Source: Vulcanimicrobiota bacterium | Lineage (GTDB): Bacteria > Vulcanimicrobiota > Vulcanimicrobiia > Eremiobacterales > Eremiobacteraceae | Length of the DNA: 64,000 nt | Direction: 5' to 3' | NCBI GenBank assembly: GCA_963812135.1 | Contig: CAWETU010000001.1 | Location: forward strand, 1,952,001-2,016,000 | Shown: piece after piece, positions 53,996 to 62,291 of the stretch | Numbering within the stretch: the stretch's first letter is position 1 | How the letters are laid out: each line of letters opens with the position of its first letter | The notes under the pieces: generated by a model | Told to the model about the DNA's origin: nothing | The model's database searches: none | Seen by the model: only the letters and a program-made list of their open reading frames with translations | Translations under genes and position numbers: made by a program

Positions 53996-55432
53996 CTATC
54001 GCTTCTTGATCGGTGGCGGGTTCCATGATCCGTCGATCACTGATGGCGGGGTCGTGTTGGCCCAATAGAGGCGGAAGTCCGTGTAAAACGGGCCGCTCGG
54101 CGCGGGCAGCCAGTTGTTCACGTGCGTTTTTGGTTGCGTGTGTGAGATGTAGATGTCGGTCGAGCCGTCCGGGTTCACATCGAGCTTGGGTTCGCTGAGA
54201 CTGCCGACCTTGTACCGGTTCAGAGGATTCGGCACGAAATATCCGAGGCCTTGGTACATCGTCAGCGACCAGAAACCTTTGACCGGCGGAGTCTGTCCCT
54301 TCGCGAAGTGGATCACGTAGTTGTTCGCGCCGGACATCGGCTTGCCGTCTGCATCAACTTTGGCGATCGGATATACGGCGTCTTGTGGGATGTTGGCACC
54401 AAGGCCGATGAGCGCGTAGTATGCGCGCCGCACATAGTGCGTACCGTATGACCCGCCGCCGGTGGAGATAAGCCAGCCGTTCGTTTCGCGGGCGCCGACG
54501 GCAGCCGGCGTAGCTGCGTCCGATATTTCCTTCTGTCCGTTCTTCACAACCGCTTTCATCGCGTTCGCGACGATCGGGTCGGCCTTGCTGAGGTCGAACG
54601 GCTTGCCCGGCACGATGCCAAGCGTGGCTAGCTCGGCTACCATCGGCGCGTTGTCGGCAGGCGGAGGATACTTGCCCATAAGCGCCGCTAGCCTGGAGAA
54701 GAATGCTTGCGCACTCATGGCGGCGATCTGCGCGGGCGGCGGCGTTTTCATGTCGATCGAGGAGCTCACAGACGTGTTCACCGGCGGCGCGTAGCTCTTG
54801 CCCCATTGCGAAAGCGGCGTTAGCGAGAGCTGCGCTTGCAGCTTGTGGACGTTTGCGTAGTCGCTCGGGCCGTAGCACGCGATGCGACCGATGATCCATA
54901 TGGACGAAGTCGGCGCTTGGATCTTGGTCAGCCCCGCCGGAAGAGTATCGCTCCAGCCCGGCCCGACAAGCGCGAAATCTCCACCCTTCTCGTATCCTGT
55001 TCTCGTGCCGGGCGACTGAAAGACGTTCGTCCACATGTCTAACATGGGCATCAGGAAGTATCGGTTCCCCAAATCAGGTACGTGGAAGACGATCGGCTCT
55101 TTTGTCAGATCGACGAACGCCGCTGAATAAAGTGTGTCGGCGTTCGGCGCCACGACCGCGTGATTGTCAGGCAGTGGGAACTCGGGGACGTTCGAAAACT
55201 GGTTGATAGGCGCTGGAAAGAACGTCGTGGGCTTGGGCACATTTGTGGCCTGCTCTTTGGTCACGTCCACAAGCACAAGCGGGAAGCCGTAGACATACGC
55301 ATCGAGGGCTGCCTTGTTCGCTGCATCCTGAGTCATCGCCGCGCTGACCGGAACCGCGGCGGTGAGCGACGCGATCAAGACGCCCGTCGCCGCAATCGCA
55401 GCCATGCGCGCATATATTCTTAGATGGAACAT
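53996..55432 (-). CDS. DUF1254/DUF1214 secreted protein
   Basis: AYVYGFPLV, VVAPNADTLYS, DMWTNVF.SPGTRTG, FWSLTMY, NWLPAP; AGGAG RBS. Confidence 0.92.
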   Translation of the reverse strand: MFHLRIYARMAAIAATGVLIASLTAAVPVSAAMTQDAANKAALDAYVYGFPLVLVDVTKEQATNVPKPTTFFPAPINQFSNVPEFPLPDNHAVVAPNADTLYSAAFVDLTKEPIVFHVPDLGNRYFLMPMLDMWTNVFQSPGTRTGYEKGGDFALVGPGWSDTLPAGLTKIQAPTSSIWIIGRIACYGPSDYANVHKLQAQLSLTPLSQWGKSYAPPVNTSVSSSIDMKTPPPAQIAAMSAQAFFSRLAALMGKYPPPADNAPMVAELATLGIVPGKPFDLSKADPIVANAMKAVVKNGQKEISDAATPAAVGARETNGWLISTGGGSYGTHYVRRAYYALIGLGANIPQDAVYPIAKVDADGKPMSGANNYVIHFAKGQTPPVKGFWSLTMYQGLGYFVPNPLNRYKVGSLSEPKLDVNPDGSTDIYISHTQPKTHVNNWLPAPSGPFYTDFRLYWANTTPPSVIDGSWNPPPIKKR

Positions 55433-55465
55433 TTTTAGCCGTCTCCTTTGCACAAGTCCACAGCG

Positions 55466-55587
55466 CTTGGCAGCCGCAAGGCTAGGTCCTCCCGCTTTCG
55501 CTTAATCGTACCAGGCAGCTCGCGCGTACGCCTCGGTTTGCATCTATGACAAAAGCGCCGACCCATTGGTGGATCAGCGCTTCCTCT
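55466..55587 (-). promoter_or_regulatory. tRNA terminator plus promoter of DUF1254 gene; copy 2 of ~120-bp repeat
   Basis: Hairpin AAGCGC...GCGCTT with T tract directly after the tRNA CCA; minus-strand TGgTACGAT extended -10. Confidence 0.65.
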
Positions 55588-55663
55588 TGGCTCCCCGAGT
55601 TGGACTCGAACCAACGACATTCTGATTAACAGTCAGACGCTCTACCAGCTGAGCTATCGGGGA
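55588..55663 (-). tRNA. tRNA-Asn (GTT)
   Basis: 76 nt TCCCCGATAGCTCAGCTGGTAGAGCGTCTGACT-GTT-AATCAGAATGTCGTTGGTTCGAGTCCAACTCGGGGAGCCA; cloverleaf with encoded CCA. Confidence 0.98.
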
Positions 55664-55699
55664 AAGCTGGGTAATGCCCGGGCTCGGGACAACTCCAGC

Positions 55700-55728
55700 A
55701 TTATAGCAAACAGGCCTCTGACCTTCAA
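55700..55728 (-). promoter_or_regulatory. Sigma70-type promoter of tRNA-Asn
   Basis: TTGAAG-17 bp-TATAAT with extended TGn. Confidence 0.8.
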
Positions 55729-55749
55729 GCCTGGGCGACTCCTCGTGCA

Positions 55750-55800
55750 CGGTCGAATAAATTCGACCGCTACATGAGGTCGAATAAATTCGACCGCTAC
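55750..55800 (-). repeat. Two tandem REP-like elements (family A)
   Basis: GGTCGAATAAATTCGACCGCTAC at 55751-55773 and 55778-55800. Confidence 0.9.
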
Positions 55801-55802
55801 CT

Positions 55803-58124
55803 TTATCTACCGCGGAAGCCGCCGCCACCGCCACCACGGTAGCCGCCGCCGCTGAAGCCGCTGAAGCCGCTCGAGCCCGCGCCGCGCGCGCTGTAGTCGC
55901 GATTGAGACTGCTCATCGTCGACGAGGACATCGACTGCGGATGGTAGCCGGATGTGCCTGCACCGGTGTAGTTCGGATGGCTGAAGCCGCCGGACGATCC
56001 GGAGGGTGGATGATATGCCGACGAAGACGTTGTCGTGGGATGATACTGCGATGTCGAGGTCGTCGACGGATGCGAGACGTTCGACCAGCTGTTGCTGCTG
56101 CCGTTGTACTTCTGCCACGAGCCGTTCTGGTTGCTGTACACGTTGCCGTCGTGGCCTGCGTACACGTCGCCATTCGAGCCTTTCGCGACGGCCGTGTTGC
56201 CGTGGGCCGTCGAGCTCGCGGCTATCGAGCCGTTCGCGGTGGTCGCATGGCCCGAATAGGCGTTCCCATACGGCGTCGAAACCGCGCTGTGGCCCCACGA
56301 ACCATACGGATTGCTATGCTGCACCGTCGCGCCGCCCACGCCGTAGCGCGGATTGTAGAACGAGCCGCCGGCCACGCTGCCGTTCGGCCCGTACGCCGCG
56401 GCGCCGCGCGCGTACGTTCCCGTCGCCGGGTTGTACGCGGCTCCTGCGCTGTAACCGCCGTATGGTCCGTAGGCAGAAGCGTAGTGACCGTACGCGCCGT
56501 ACGCGGAGTTGTAATACATGCCATACGTGCCGGCGTACGGGTAATAGATCGGTAGCGCGCCTGGGAAATATGCAGGCGGCCAATAGTACCCTGTGCCGTA
56601 CATGTACGAGCCGCCCCACCAGTAACTGCCGAGATAGCCCGCGGTGAATCCGAACAGCAGCGGCGCCGCAACGTTGTAGGTCGTGGCCGTCGACGTCTCC
56701 TCGACGACGTTGACCGCCGTGCCCTGATTATCGTAGATGGCCACGAACGTGTCTTGGTACAGCGGTGAATTCGGCGGAATCGTGTAGATCACGTGCGGCA
56801 CGCTGGCAGCGACCGACCATGGCCCCGTCGGCGCGCTCGCGGTGAACCACACGCCGTTGTAGCAAGCGTAATATGATGAATCGCTCACCTTGATGACGTC
56901 ATAGGACGTGTTGGTCGCGTACTGCAGCGCCGTGCCTTGGATCGGCGCGAACTGCGGCGCGCCGGGAGCGTACGCGACGTTGATATGCGTGCTCGCCGGA
57001 TCGACTTGTGCGATCTGCGGTGCGGCCGCGGCTGCGCCCGCGTATTGCGACACAGGCGTGTTGGGCACCGAGACCAGCACGCGACCGCGCGGGCTATTCA
57101 CGGGTATCTTCGAAAAGTCCGCAGGGAGGCTGTTGGTGGCGAAGGTCCACGGGCCGTTCAGACTTGCCGAGCTGAACCAGCGGCCGGACAAGAGCACATA
57201 CCATTGCTGCGTCGGACCGTATTGGAACAGATCATTGTCGGAGTTGCTCACGTACTGAAGCTTCGTCCCCGCGATCGCCGCGAGTTTCGGCGCTCCGTCG
57301 ATGAGGATCATGTCCGCGGGTTTGGTGGCGGCGAACACAACGGGCGCCTGCGCCGGACTCATCATCGGCGCGTTGAGATGGTCGCGGATATCGGAGAAGT
57401 TCGCATCGTTCGGGATCTGCGAGAAGCTGCCCGGCGTGGCGACGGGTGCCCACGGCCCTTGCGGCGAGGTGGACGCGATCCAGTAATCGCCGTCCAGCAG
57501 ATAATATTTCGCGCCGTCGTAGATGACGTTCCAGTTGGTGTTAACGGCGTATTTGAGGTTCGTGCCTTGGATTGGCGCGAGGATCGGGTCCCCGTTGAAC
57601 ACGACGAGAATCGCCGGTTTCTCGCTTTCGAAGATCGGCGGCGGATCCGTGTTCAAGGGCTGCGACCTGGGCAACGCCTTTGCCGCATCCATGCTGGCAA
57701 GCACGCTCGCCAACGGTATAGTCTTATTGGTGAACTGCACGGTGCTGCGAACGAGTCCGTCGAGTTTGCTCGACGTCGCTTGGTTCTGGTCCGGCCAATG
57801 CGTCACCAGCACTTTGGCGTTCGTGATCTGCACCGTCCCGGCGTTGAAATCCGCCGCAGTGAACGCGGTGAACGTCGCCGTGCCATATGTCGGACCCGCA
57901 GCGCCGCTCGGCGTGATCGCGACCGCTGCGATGCCGTCGAGCACCGTGTAATTGTTCCATGACTTGACCTGCGGCTGATAGACGACGACCTTCGCGGCAG
58001 ATCCTTGGTACGTGTGCGGCCATGAGGGAGCCGTCACGCCGGCGGCGAGGACTGGCAATCGCGCGGCGCAGAGCGCGCCCGCGACGAGGATGACCGCGGC
58101 GACCTTACGCATTTTTTTCTCCAT
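55803..58124 (-). CDS. Large secreted hypothetical protein with repeated 'IxGTxLxY.xNT' modules and a Gly/Tyr/Ser-rich tail
   Basis: Signal peptide, WP...VYQPQ start, three PI.GT.L.Y..N repeats, IYTIPPNSP, YNPATGTYARG, GDVYAGHDGNVY; start 58124 or 58112. Confidence 0.8.
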   Translation of the reverse strand: MEKKMRKVAAVILVAGALCAARLPVLAAGVTAPSWPHTYQGSAAKVVVYQPQVKSWNNYTVLDGIAAVAITPSGAAGPTYGTATFTAFTAADFNAGTVQITNAKVLVTHWPDQNQATSSKLDGLVRSTVQFTNKTIPLASVLASMDAAKALPRSQPLNTDPPPIFESEKPAILVVFNGDPILAPIQGTNLKYAVNTNWNVIYDGAKYYLLDGDYWIASTSPQGPWAPVATPGSFSQIPNDANFSDIRDHLNAPMMSPAQAPVVFAATKPADMILIDGAPKLAAIAGTKLQYVSNSDNDLFQYGPTQQWYVLLSGRWFSSASLNGPWTFATNSLPADFSKIPVNSPRGRVLVSVPNTPVSQYAGAAAAAPQIAQVDPASTHINVAYAPGAPQFAPIQGTALQYATNTSYDVIKVSDSSYYACYNGVWFTASAPTGPWSVAASVPHVIYTIPPNSPLYQDTFVAIYDNQGTAVNVVEETSTATTYNVAAPLLFGFTAGYLGSYWWGGSYMYGTGYYWPPAYFPGALPIYYPYAGTYGMYYNSAYGAYGHYASAYGPYGGYSAGAAYNPATGTYARGAAAYGPNGSVAGGSFYNPRYGVGGATVQHSNPYGSWGHSAVSTPYGNAYSGHATTANGSIAASSTAHGNTAVAKGSNGDVYAGHDGNVYSNQNGSWQKYNGSSNSWSNVSHPSTTSTSQYHPTTTSSSAYHPPSGSSGGFSHPNYTGAGTSGYHPQSMSSSTMSSLNRDYSARGAGSSGFSGFSGGGYRGGGGGGFRGR

Positions 58125-58134
58125 CGATTCTAGC

Positions 58135-59067
58135 CTATCGGCCTGCATATGTCCGCTTGACCGGGAACAGGAAACTCATCACGATCTTCAATTGCGTGCT
58201 GGGTGCGCCGTTCGGCCGTACGACATTGCTATAGTATTGCGCCCCAAGCTGCATCGGCGTCGTCGCGAGCCTGAACGTCTTGGTCAAGCCAAAACCAACC
58301 GGTACGGTCCAAGCCTGGCCCGGCGTTGCCGCGAAGTTCGCGGTGATGTTCGGCGCGGTCGAAAGCGTCCAGCCTTTCCCGAAGTTGAAGTTGACGAACG
58401 GCTGGATCAGCATCGAGTTGAGGGCGGGATTCGTCGGGCTCGATCCGCCGATGCTCCACATCTGCGTGACGAGCGCGCCCATGACAAAGTTGCCTGGCAT
58501 GATCAGCCCGACGGCGTCGACACCGGCGCCGGTCTGATGCGATCCAACCGGTCCGAGGTTCGGTGACGCGGTCGCGAACTGGAAGAGCGGTCCTGCGCCC
58601 CACGTAACGGTCGCCGGCTTCGCGGGTGTGAAGTACACCTGCTGTTGGATATCGCCGAATCCGGTCAGTGTTGGACAGCCGATCGTGGAATTACACTGCG
58701 ATGGGGGGAGCGAAGAGGGCAGGTCGATGATCGGCACGATCGTGCGCGAGATGACATTCCACTGTTTGCTCAACGCGATCGGGATGACAGGCTGGATATT
58801 CACGACCGTCTGCGTGCGCTGATACGGGCCCTGGCCATAGTAGAAGTTGGCCTGGATCGGCAGCACGCCCAGATTGCCGACCGGGTTTTGCGATTGCTTG
58901 ATGAGCGCTTTTGCGGCAGCCTCGGCGGCTGCCGCGTCAGCTGCTGAAGGCGCCCCCGCGGCGGGCGCCGGGCTCGGTGGAGTCGGCGGCGTGGCGTCGG
59001 CAAGCCCCGCCAACGGTGTGAGCGTGATGAGCGTCGCGACCACACTAGCCAGCCAGTGATTTTTCAT
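58135..59067 (-). CDS. Putative outer-membrane beta-barrel protein
   Basis: Signal peptide; QSQNPV, NIQPVIP, ISRTIVP, GFGDI, QPFVNFN, WTVPVG. Confidence 0.75.
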   Translation of the reverse strand: MKNHWLASVVATLITLTPLAGLADATPPTPPSPAPAAGAPSAADAAAAEAAAKALIKQSQNPVGNLGVLPIQANFYYGQGPYQRTQTVVNIQPVIPIALSKQWNVISRTIVPIIDLPSSLPPSQCNSTIGCPTLTGFGDIQQQVYFTPAKPATVTWGAGPLFQFATASPNLGPVGSHQTGAGVDAVGLIMPGNFVMGALVTQMWSIGGSSPTNPALNSMLIQPFVNFNFGKGWTLSTAPNITANFAATPGQAWTVPVGFGLTKTFRLATTPMQLGAQYYSNVVRPNGAPSTQLKIVMSFLFPVKRTYAGR

Positions 59068-59074
59068 ACGCGCC

Positions 59075-59938
59075 TCAGAGCTTGAACGTGTACCCGAGCG
59101 CAGGCCCGCCCAAGTTGAGGTTGTGGATCAATTTCGATCCGCCCTGATCGTAGTACAGGTTGCGGTATACCAATGTGATCGCGGTATGCTTAGTCCCATA
59201 GCCGATGCCGCCGACACCCTGCCACGTCAACGGTGCGTCGCCGGTGCCAACGTCGGCATAATACGGTATGAACCAATGTCCGTCACTGCCGAGCGCGTAT
59301 TTCCCCTTCACGCCGATGATGGCGTCCCAGATGCTCGCGCTTTCGAAGTGGCTTCCGGACTGGCTTAGAATTCCGAGCGGACCAGAGAAATTCCAATTGA
59401 CGCTAATCGGTGCATACATGTAACGACCGCCTGCAAGCGCTTCGATGTTAGTGTGTGCGCTATGCCCGAGGTTAAACGTTCCGGCGAGCGTCCACAGCGT
59501 CGAAGCAAATCTGACCTGCGCATTGGTGTTGATGGGGATCATGACACGTCCGCCGGGACCGCTTATCGTCGTCACGCCCGCATTATCGATACCAAGATTC
59601 AGATAGATCAGGTCCGTCGCAACGCCCCATGTTCGGTTGTGCGTTTCGGCGGTGAACATGAACGCGGAGTCAAGCTTCGGCACGAACTGGCTCGGCGTGA
59701 CCGTGAAACCGGCTGCCGGTCCGGTGCCCTGCGGACCGGTCGGCACGGTGAAGTTCAGCTCACCGTGGATCGTCGGCGCCCAGATGTAGGGCGTGATGCT
59801 GGATTCCCATTGATCGGGCGCGGCCGTCGTATCGGCCTTGACCTGCGTGGCTAGCGTGAGCCCGAAGGCTCCAATGATAAAGGCGCAACAGAGCGCACTA
59901 ACGCGGCGAGTCGCCGCGACATTGTGTAATCTCGGCAA
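59075..59938 (-). CDS. Putative outer-membrane beta-barrel protein
   Basis: TTG start; W..SITPYIWAP, WDAIIGVKG, PYYADVGTG, C-terminal GPALGYTFKL. Confidence 0.75.
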   Translation of the reverse strand: MPRLHNVAATRRVSALCCAFIIGAFGLTLATQVKADTTAAPDQWESSITPYIWAPTIHGELNFTVPTGPQGTGPAAGFTVTPSQFVPKLDSAFMFTAETHNRTWGVATDLIYLNLGIDNAGVTTISGPGGRVMIPINTNAQVRFASTLWTLAGTFNLGHSAHTNIEALAGGRYMYAPISVNWNFSGPLGILSQSGSHFESASIWDAIIGVKGKYALGSDGHWFIPYYADVGTGDAPLTWQGVGGIGYGTKHTAITLVYRNLYYDQGGSKLIHNLNLGGPALGYTFKL

Positions 59939-60104
59939 GGAAACAACCCCCTCTTCAGCTATGGGTTTCTATTTGCGCGTGGCGGCGCGATTTCTCTGCT
60001 AATCCGCTAATACTACGTGGCACTTAATACATGACTTGCAAAGCACACGCGAACTCCGAACATTTGGGGGCAGGCGGTCACTATGCGGTAGGGAAGCCGC
60101 ACAG

Positions 60105-60416
60105 GTGGCTATCCGGAAGCGTGCGACTTCTAAGAAGCGCGATTTGAACGGGTCAGCGGGCCGGGGGACGCCGCGGCTTCCTGTTGTCGAGAGCACACCG
60201 ATAGCGCCCGAGGGCCGCTCCAAATACTCCACCATCTCACACACGCTGCCGCTCGATCTCGTCGATCACTTGCGTGCGTTCGCCCACTACCAGCGCGTGA
60301 GCGCCAGCTCGGTCATGGAATTCGCTCTGCGGAATCTTTTCAGCAGACGGGACGATTCTCGACTCGGCGCCGCCATGCGGCGCGAAGGCGCCGGCCCCCG
60401 CAGAAAACGCTCGTAA
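60105..60416 (+). CDS. Small basic ribbon-helix-helix-like DNA-binding protein (start uncertain)
   Basis: STISHTLPLDLVDHLRAFAHYQRVSASSVMEFALR strand-helix-helix pattern; similar to the next ORF. Confidence 0.65.
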   Translation: MAIRKRATSKKRDLNGSAGRGTPRLPVVESTPIAPEGRSKYSTISHTLPLDLVDHLRAFAHYQRVSASSVMEFALRNLFSRRDDSRLGAAMRREGAGPRRKRS

Positions 60417-60609
60417 CCCGGACTAGAGTTCAAAAGCGCTGAGCACAGCCCTGATTTGTGCTTACTGCTACTTGTTGCCCCACATCTTCCCAGAACCTTC
60501 GCGCTCGCCGAAAACGTCGCTGTTAGTATGCCGAGGGAAAGCTGCCAAATGCCGCAAGCGCCGTCGTACAGGGCCAGGCGGGCGTCTTCCCAACAACTAA
60601 TAGCAGGCA

Positions 60610-60627
60610 ACTACCATTTATGGTAGT
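60610..60627. promoter_or_regulatory. Inverted repeat, candidate operator
   Basis: ACTACCAT-TT-ATGGTAGT, 10 nt before the GGAGG of the second RHH-like gene. Confidence 0.5.
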
Positions 60628-60647
60628 ATCCACTTGTGGAGGGCGGG

Positions 60648-60899
60648 TTGATCATCGGACAAACAAAAGTGTCCACGAACGGCCGCAAGGGCCATACGGA
60701 CGCATACAAGCCCCAGATAAAGTTATCCGTCAACGTGTCTGCCGACCAAGGCGAGCGTCTTCGTACTTTGGCCTTCGAGCAACGCGTCAGCGAGAGTTCG
60801 ATCGTTCAGGTAGCGCTGCACCTCTTCTTCGGGCAAGGAGAGGATGCACAGTTGGGTGCCACGTTGCGCGCGCACGGCGCGACGCTTCGACGCAAATAG
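60648..60899 (+). CDS. Small ribbon-helix-helix-like DNA-binding protein (start uncertain)
   Basis: IKLSVNVSADQGERLRTLAFEQRVSESSIVQVAL; GGAGG 5 nt before TTG 60648. Confidence 0.7.
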   Translation: MIIGQTKVSTNGRKGHTDAYKPQIKLSVNVSADQGERLRTLAFEQRVSESSIVQVALHLFFGQGEDAQLGATLRAHGATLRRK

Positions 60900-60905
60900 C
60901 TTAAG

Positions 60906-62291
60906 CTATCCCGGGGCAGCGAACGCGAGCGCTTGCCGCAGGCAATCGCTCACGCCCACGCCTGCGAGGTAGTTGCCCGCGAGGCGCAGCCCAGGAATCC
61001 GATCGACCGCCGTCCTGATCCGCTCGACCCGTCCGCGATGGCCGAGCGTGTATTGCGGGATCCCCTCGTTCCATCGAAATCCGGCCAGCACGTGCGGTCT
61101 GACATCGCTGATGCGCATGATTTTGGCCAGATCCGCGTGCGCGATGCGCGCGAGCTCTTCATCGCTGCATTCCGTGATACTCGGATCCAACGAACCGCCG
61201 AGAAACGCGGTGCAGAGCAGCTCGTCGCTTGGGGCACGATCGGGAAAGAGCACAGAGTTCCACACCGCGCCGAGCACACGTACGCCTTCACCGCGGCATG
61301 CCAAGAAGCCGAATCCGTCGAGCGGCGCGGCGACGTTCGCCTTCAGGTATGTGAGCGCGACCTGCGCAATGGGCGCATACTCGATCTCGCGCAATGCCCT
61401 CGCCGCTTCGGGCTCTATCGGTTCCAACAACGCTGCAGCTGATGGGGCGCTGGTCGCGATGATGACCTGCGCCGCGTCGATCTTGCCTTCTGGCAGCCCT
61501 TGGCACTCGAGCGTAAAGCCGGCGCCGCGCTGATCGATGCGCGTCACGCGAGCATTCTCATAGGCGTGACCAAAGAGACTATGGGCGAGCGCCTCGAGCA
61601 GGGTTGCGTTGCCGCCTGCGAAACTGACCGGGCCCCTCGGTCGGCCTAAGTCGACCGCATTGGGTCGATTCGAATCGACCGCTACATTCCTCTTGCGTGC
61701 GAGGACGCCGCGCAGAACGCTGCCGTTTTCCGTTTCGAACCGCACGAGCGCCGGCATCGTGCTGCGAGCCGACAGCTTTGCAGGGTCGCCCGCGTAGATG
61801 CCTCCCAGCACCGGGGTGACCAGCGCATCCAGGACTTCGGGCCCGGCCCGACGTCCGACGAACGAGGCGACGGTTTCGTCTGCAGCGTCGGTGCGCGCGC
61901 GCACGAACGCCTCCCCGAAAAGCCGCCATTTGGCGCCGGCCGAAAGCAGTCGGCTCGAGATGAATTGGGCTGGAGAGGCCGGCACTAGGATAAGCGCGCC
62001 GTGGCGGTAGATGTAACGCTTCGCCCCTTCGGTTTTCCCTTGGACAAGTTGTCCTTCAACTCCGAGATCGCGGCATAGCTCGATCAACTGTGGTGACGGC
62101 AGCAAGCTTTGCGGACCGCGATCGACCAGGTACGGTCCCTGGCGAAGCGAGCCCATAACCCCGCCGAAGCCGGAGGATGCCTCGAGCACGACGGCATTGT
62201 GGCCCGTCTTGCGCAGTGCGTACGCCGCAGTCAGTCCGGAGATGCCGCCGCCGATAACTGCGACGTCGACGTTCTCGAACGCGCCGCTCAT
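60906..62291 (-). CDS. hemY: Protoporphyrinogen/coproporphyrinogen oxidase (HemY type)
   Basis: GGGISGL FAD motif, GIYAGD, GFGFL, IPQYTLGH, GVGVSDC; ATGA-coupled to hemH. Confidence 0.93.
   Translation of the reverse strand: MSGAFENVDVAVIGGGISGLTAAYALRKTGHNAVVLEASSGFGGVMGSLRQGPYLVDRGPQSLLPSPQLIELCRDLGVEGQLVQGKTEGAKRYIYRHGALILVPASPAQFISSRLLSAGAKWRLFGEAFVRARTDAADETVASFVGRRAGPEVLDALVTPVLGGIYAGDPAKLSARSTMPALVRFETENGSVLRGVLARKRNVAVDSNRPNAVDLGRPRGPVSFAGGNATLLEALAHSLFGHAYENARVTRIDQRGAGFTLECQGLPEGKIDAAQVIIATSAPSAAALLEPIEPEAARALREIEYAPIAQVALTYLKANVAAPLDGFGFLACRGEGVRVLGAVWNSVLFPDRAPSDELLCTAFLGGSLDPSITECSDEELARIAHADLAKIMRISDVRPHVLAGFRWNEGIPQYTLGHRGRVERIRTAVDRIPGLRLAGNYLAGVGVSDCLRQALAFAAPG
61638..61685 (-). 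repeat. Two tandem REP-like elements inside hemY
   Basis: CGGTCGGCCTAAGTCGACCGC (61638-61658) and GGTCGATTCGAATCGACCGCTAC (61663-61685). Confidence 0.75.

Noticed and set aside
55750..55800. Two identical 23-nt palindromic repeats as a mini-CRISPR array
   Set aside because: Spacer is only 4 nt, copies are dispersed across the window and no cas genes are present; fits a REP
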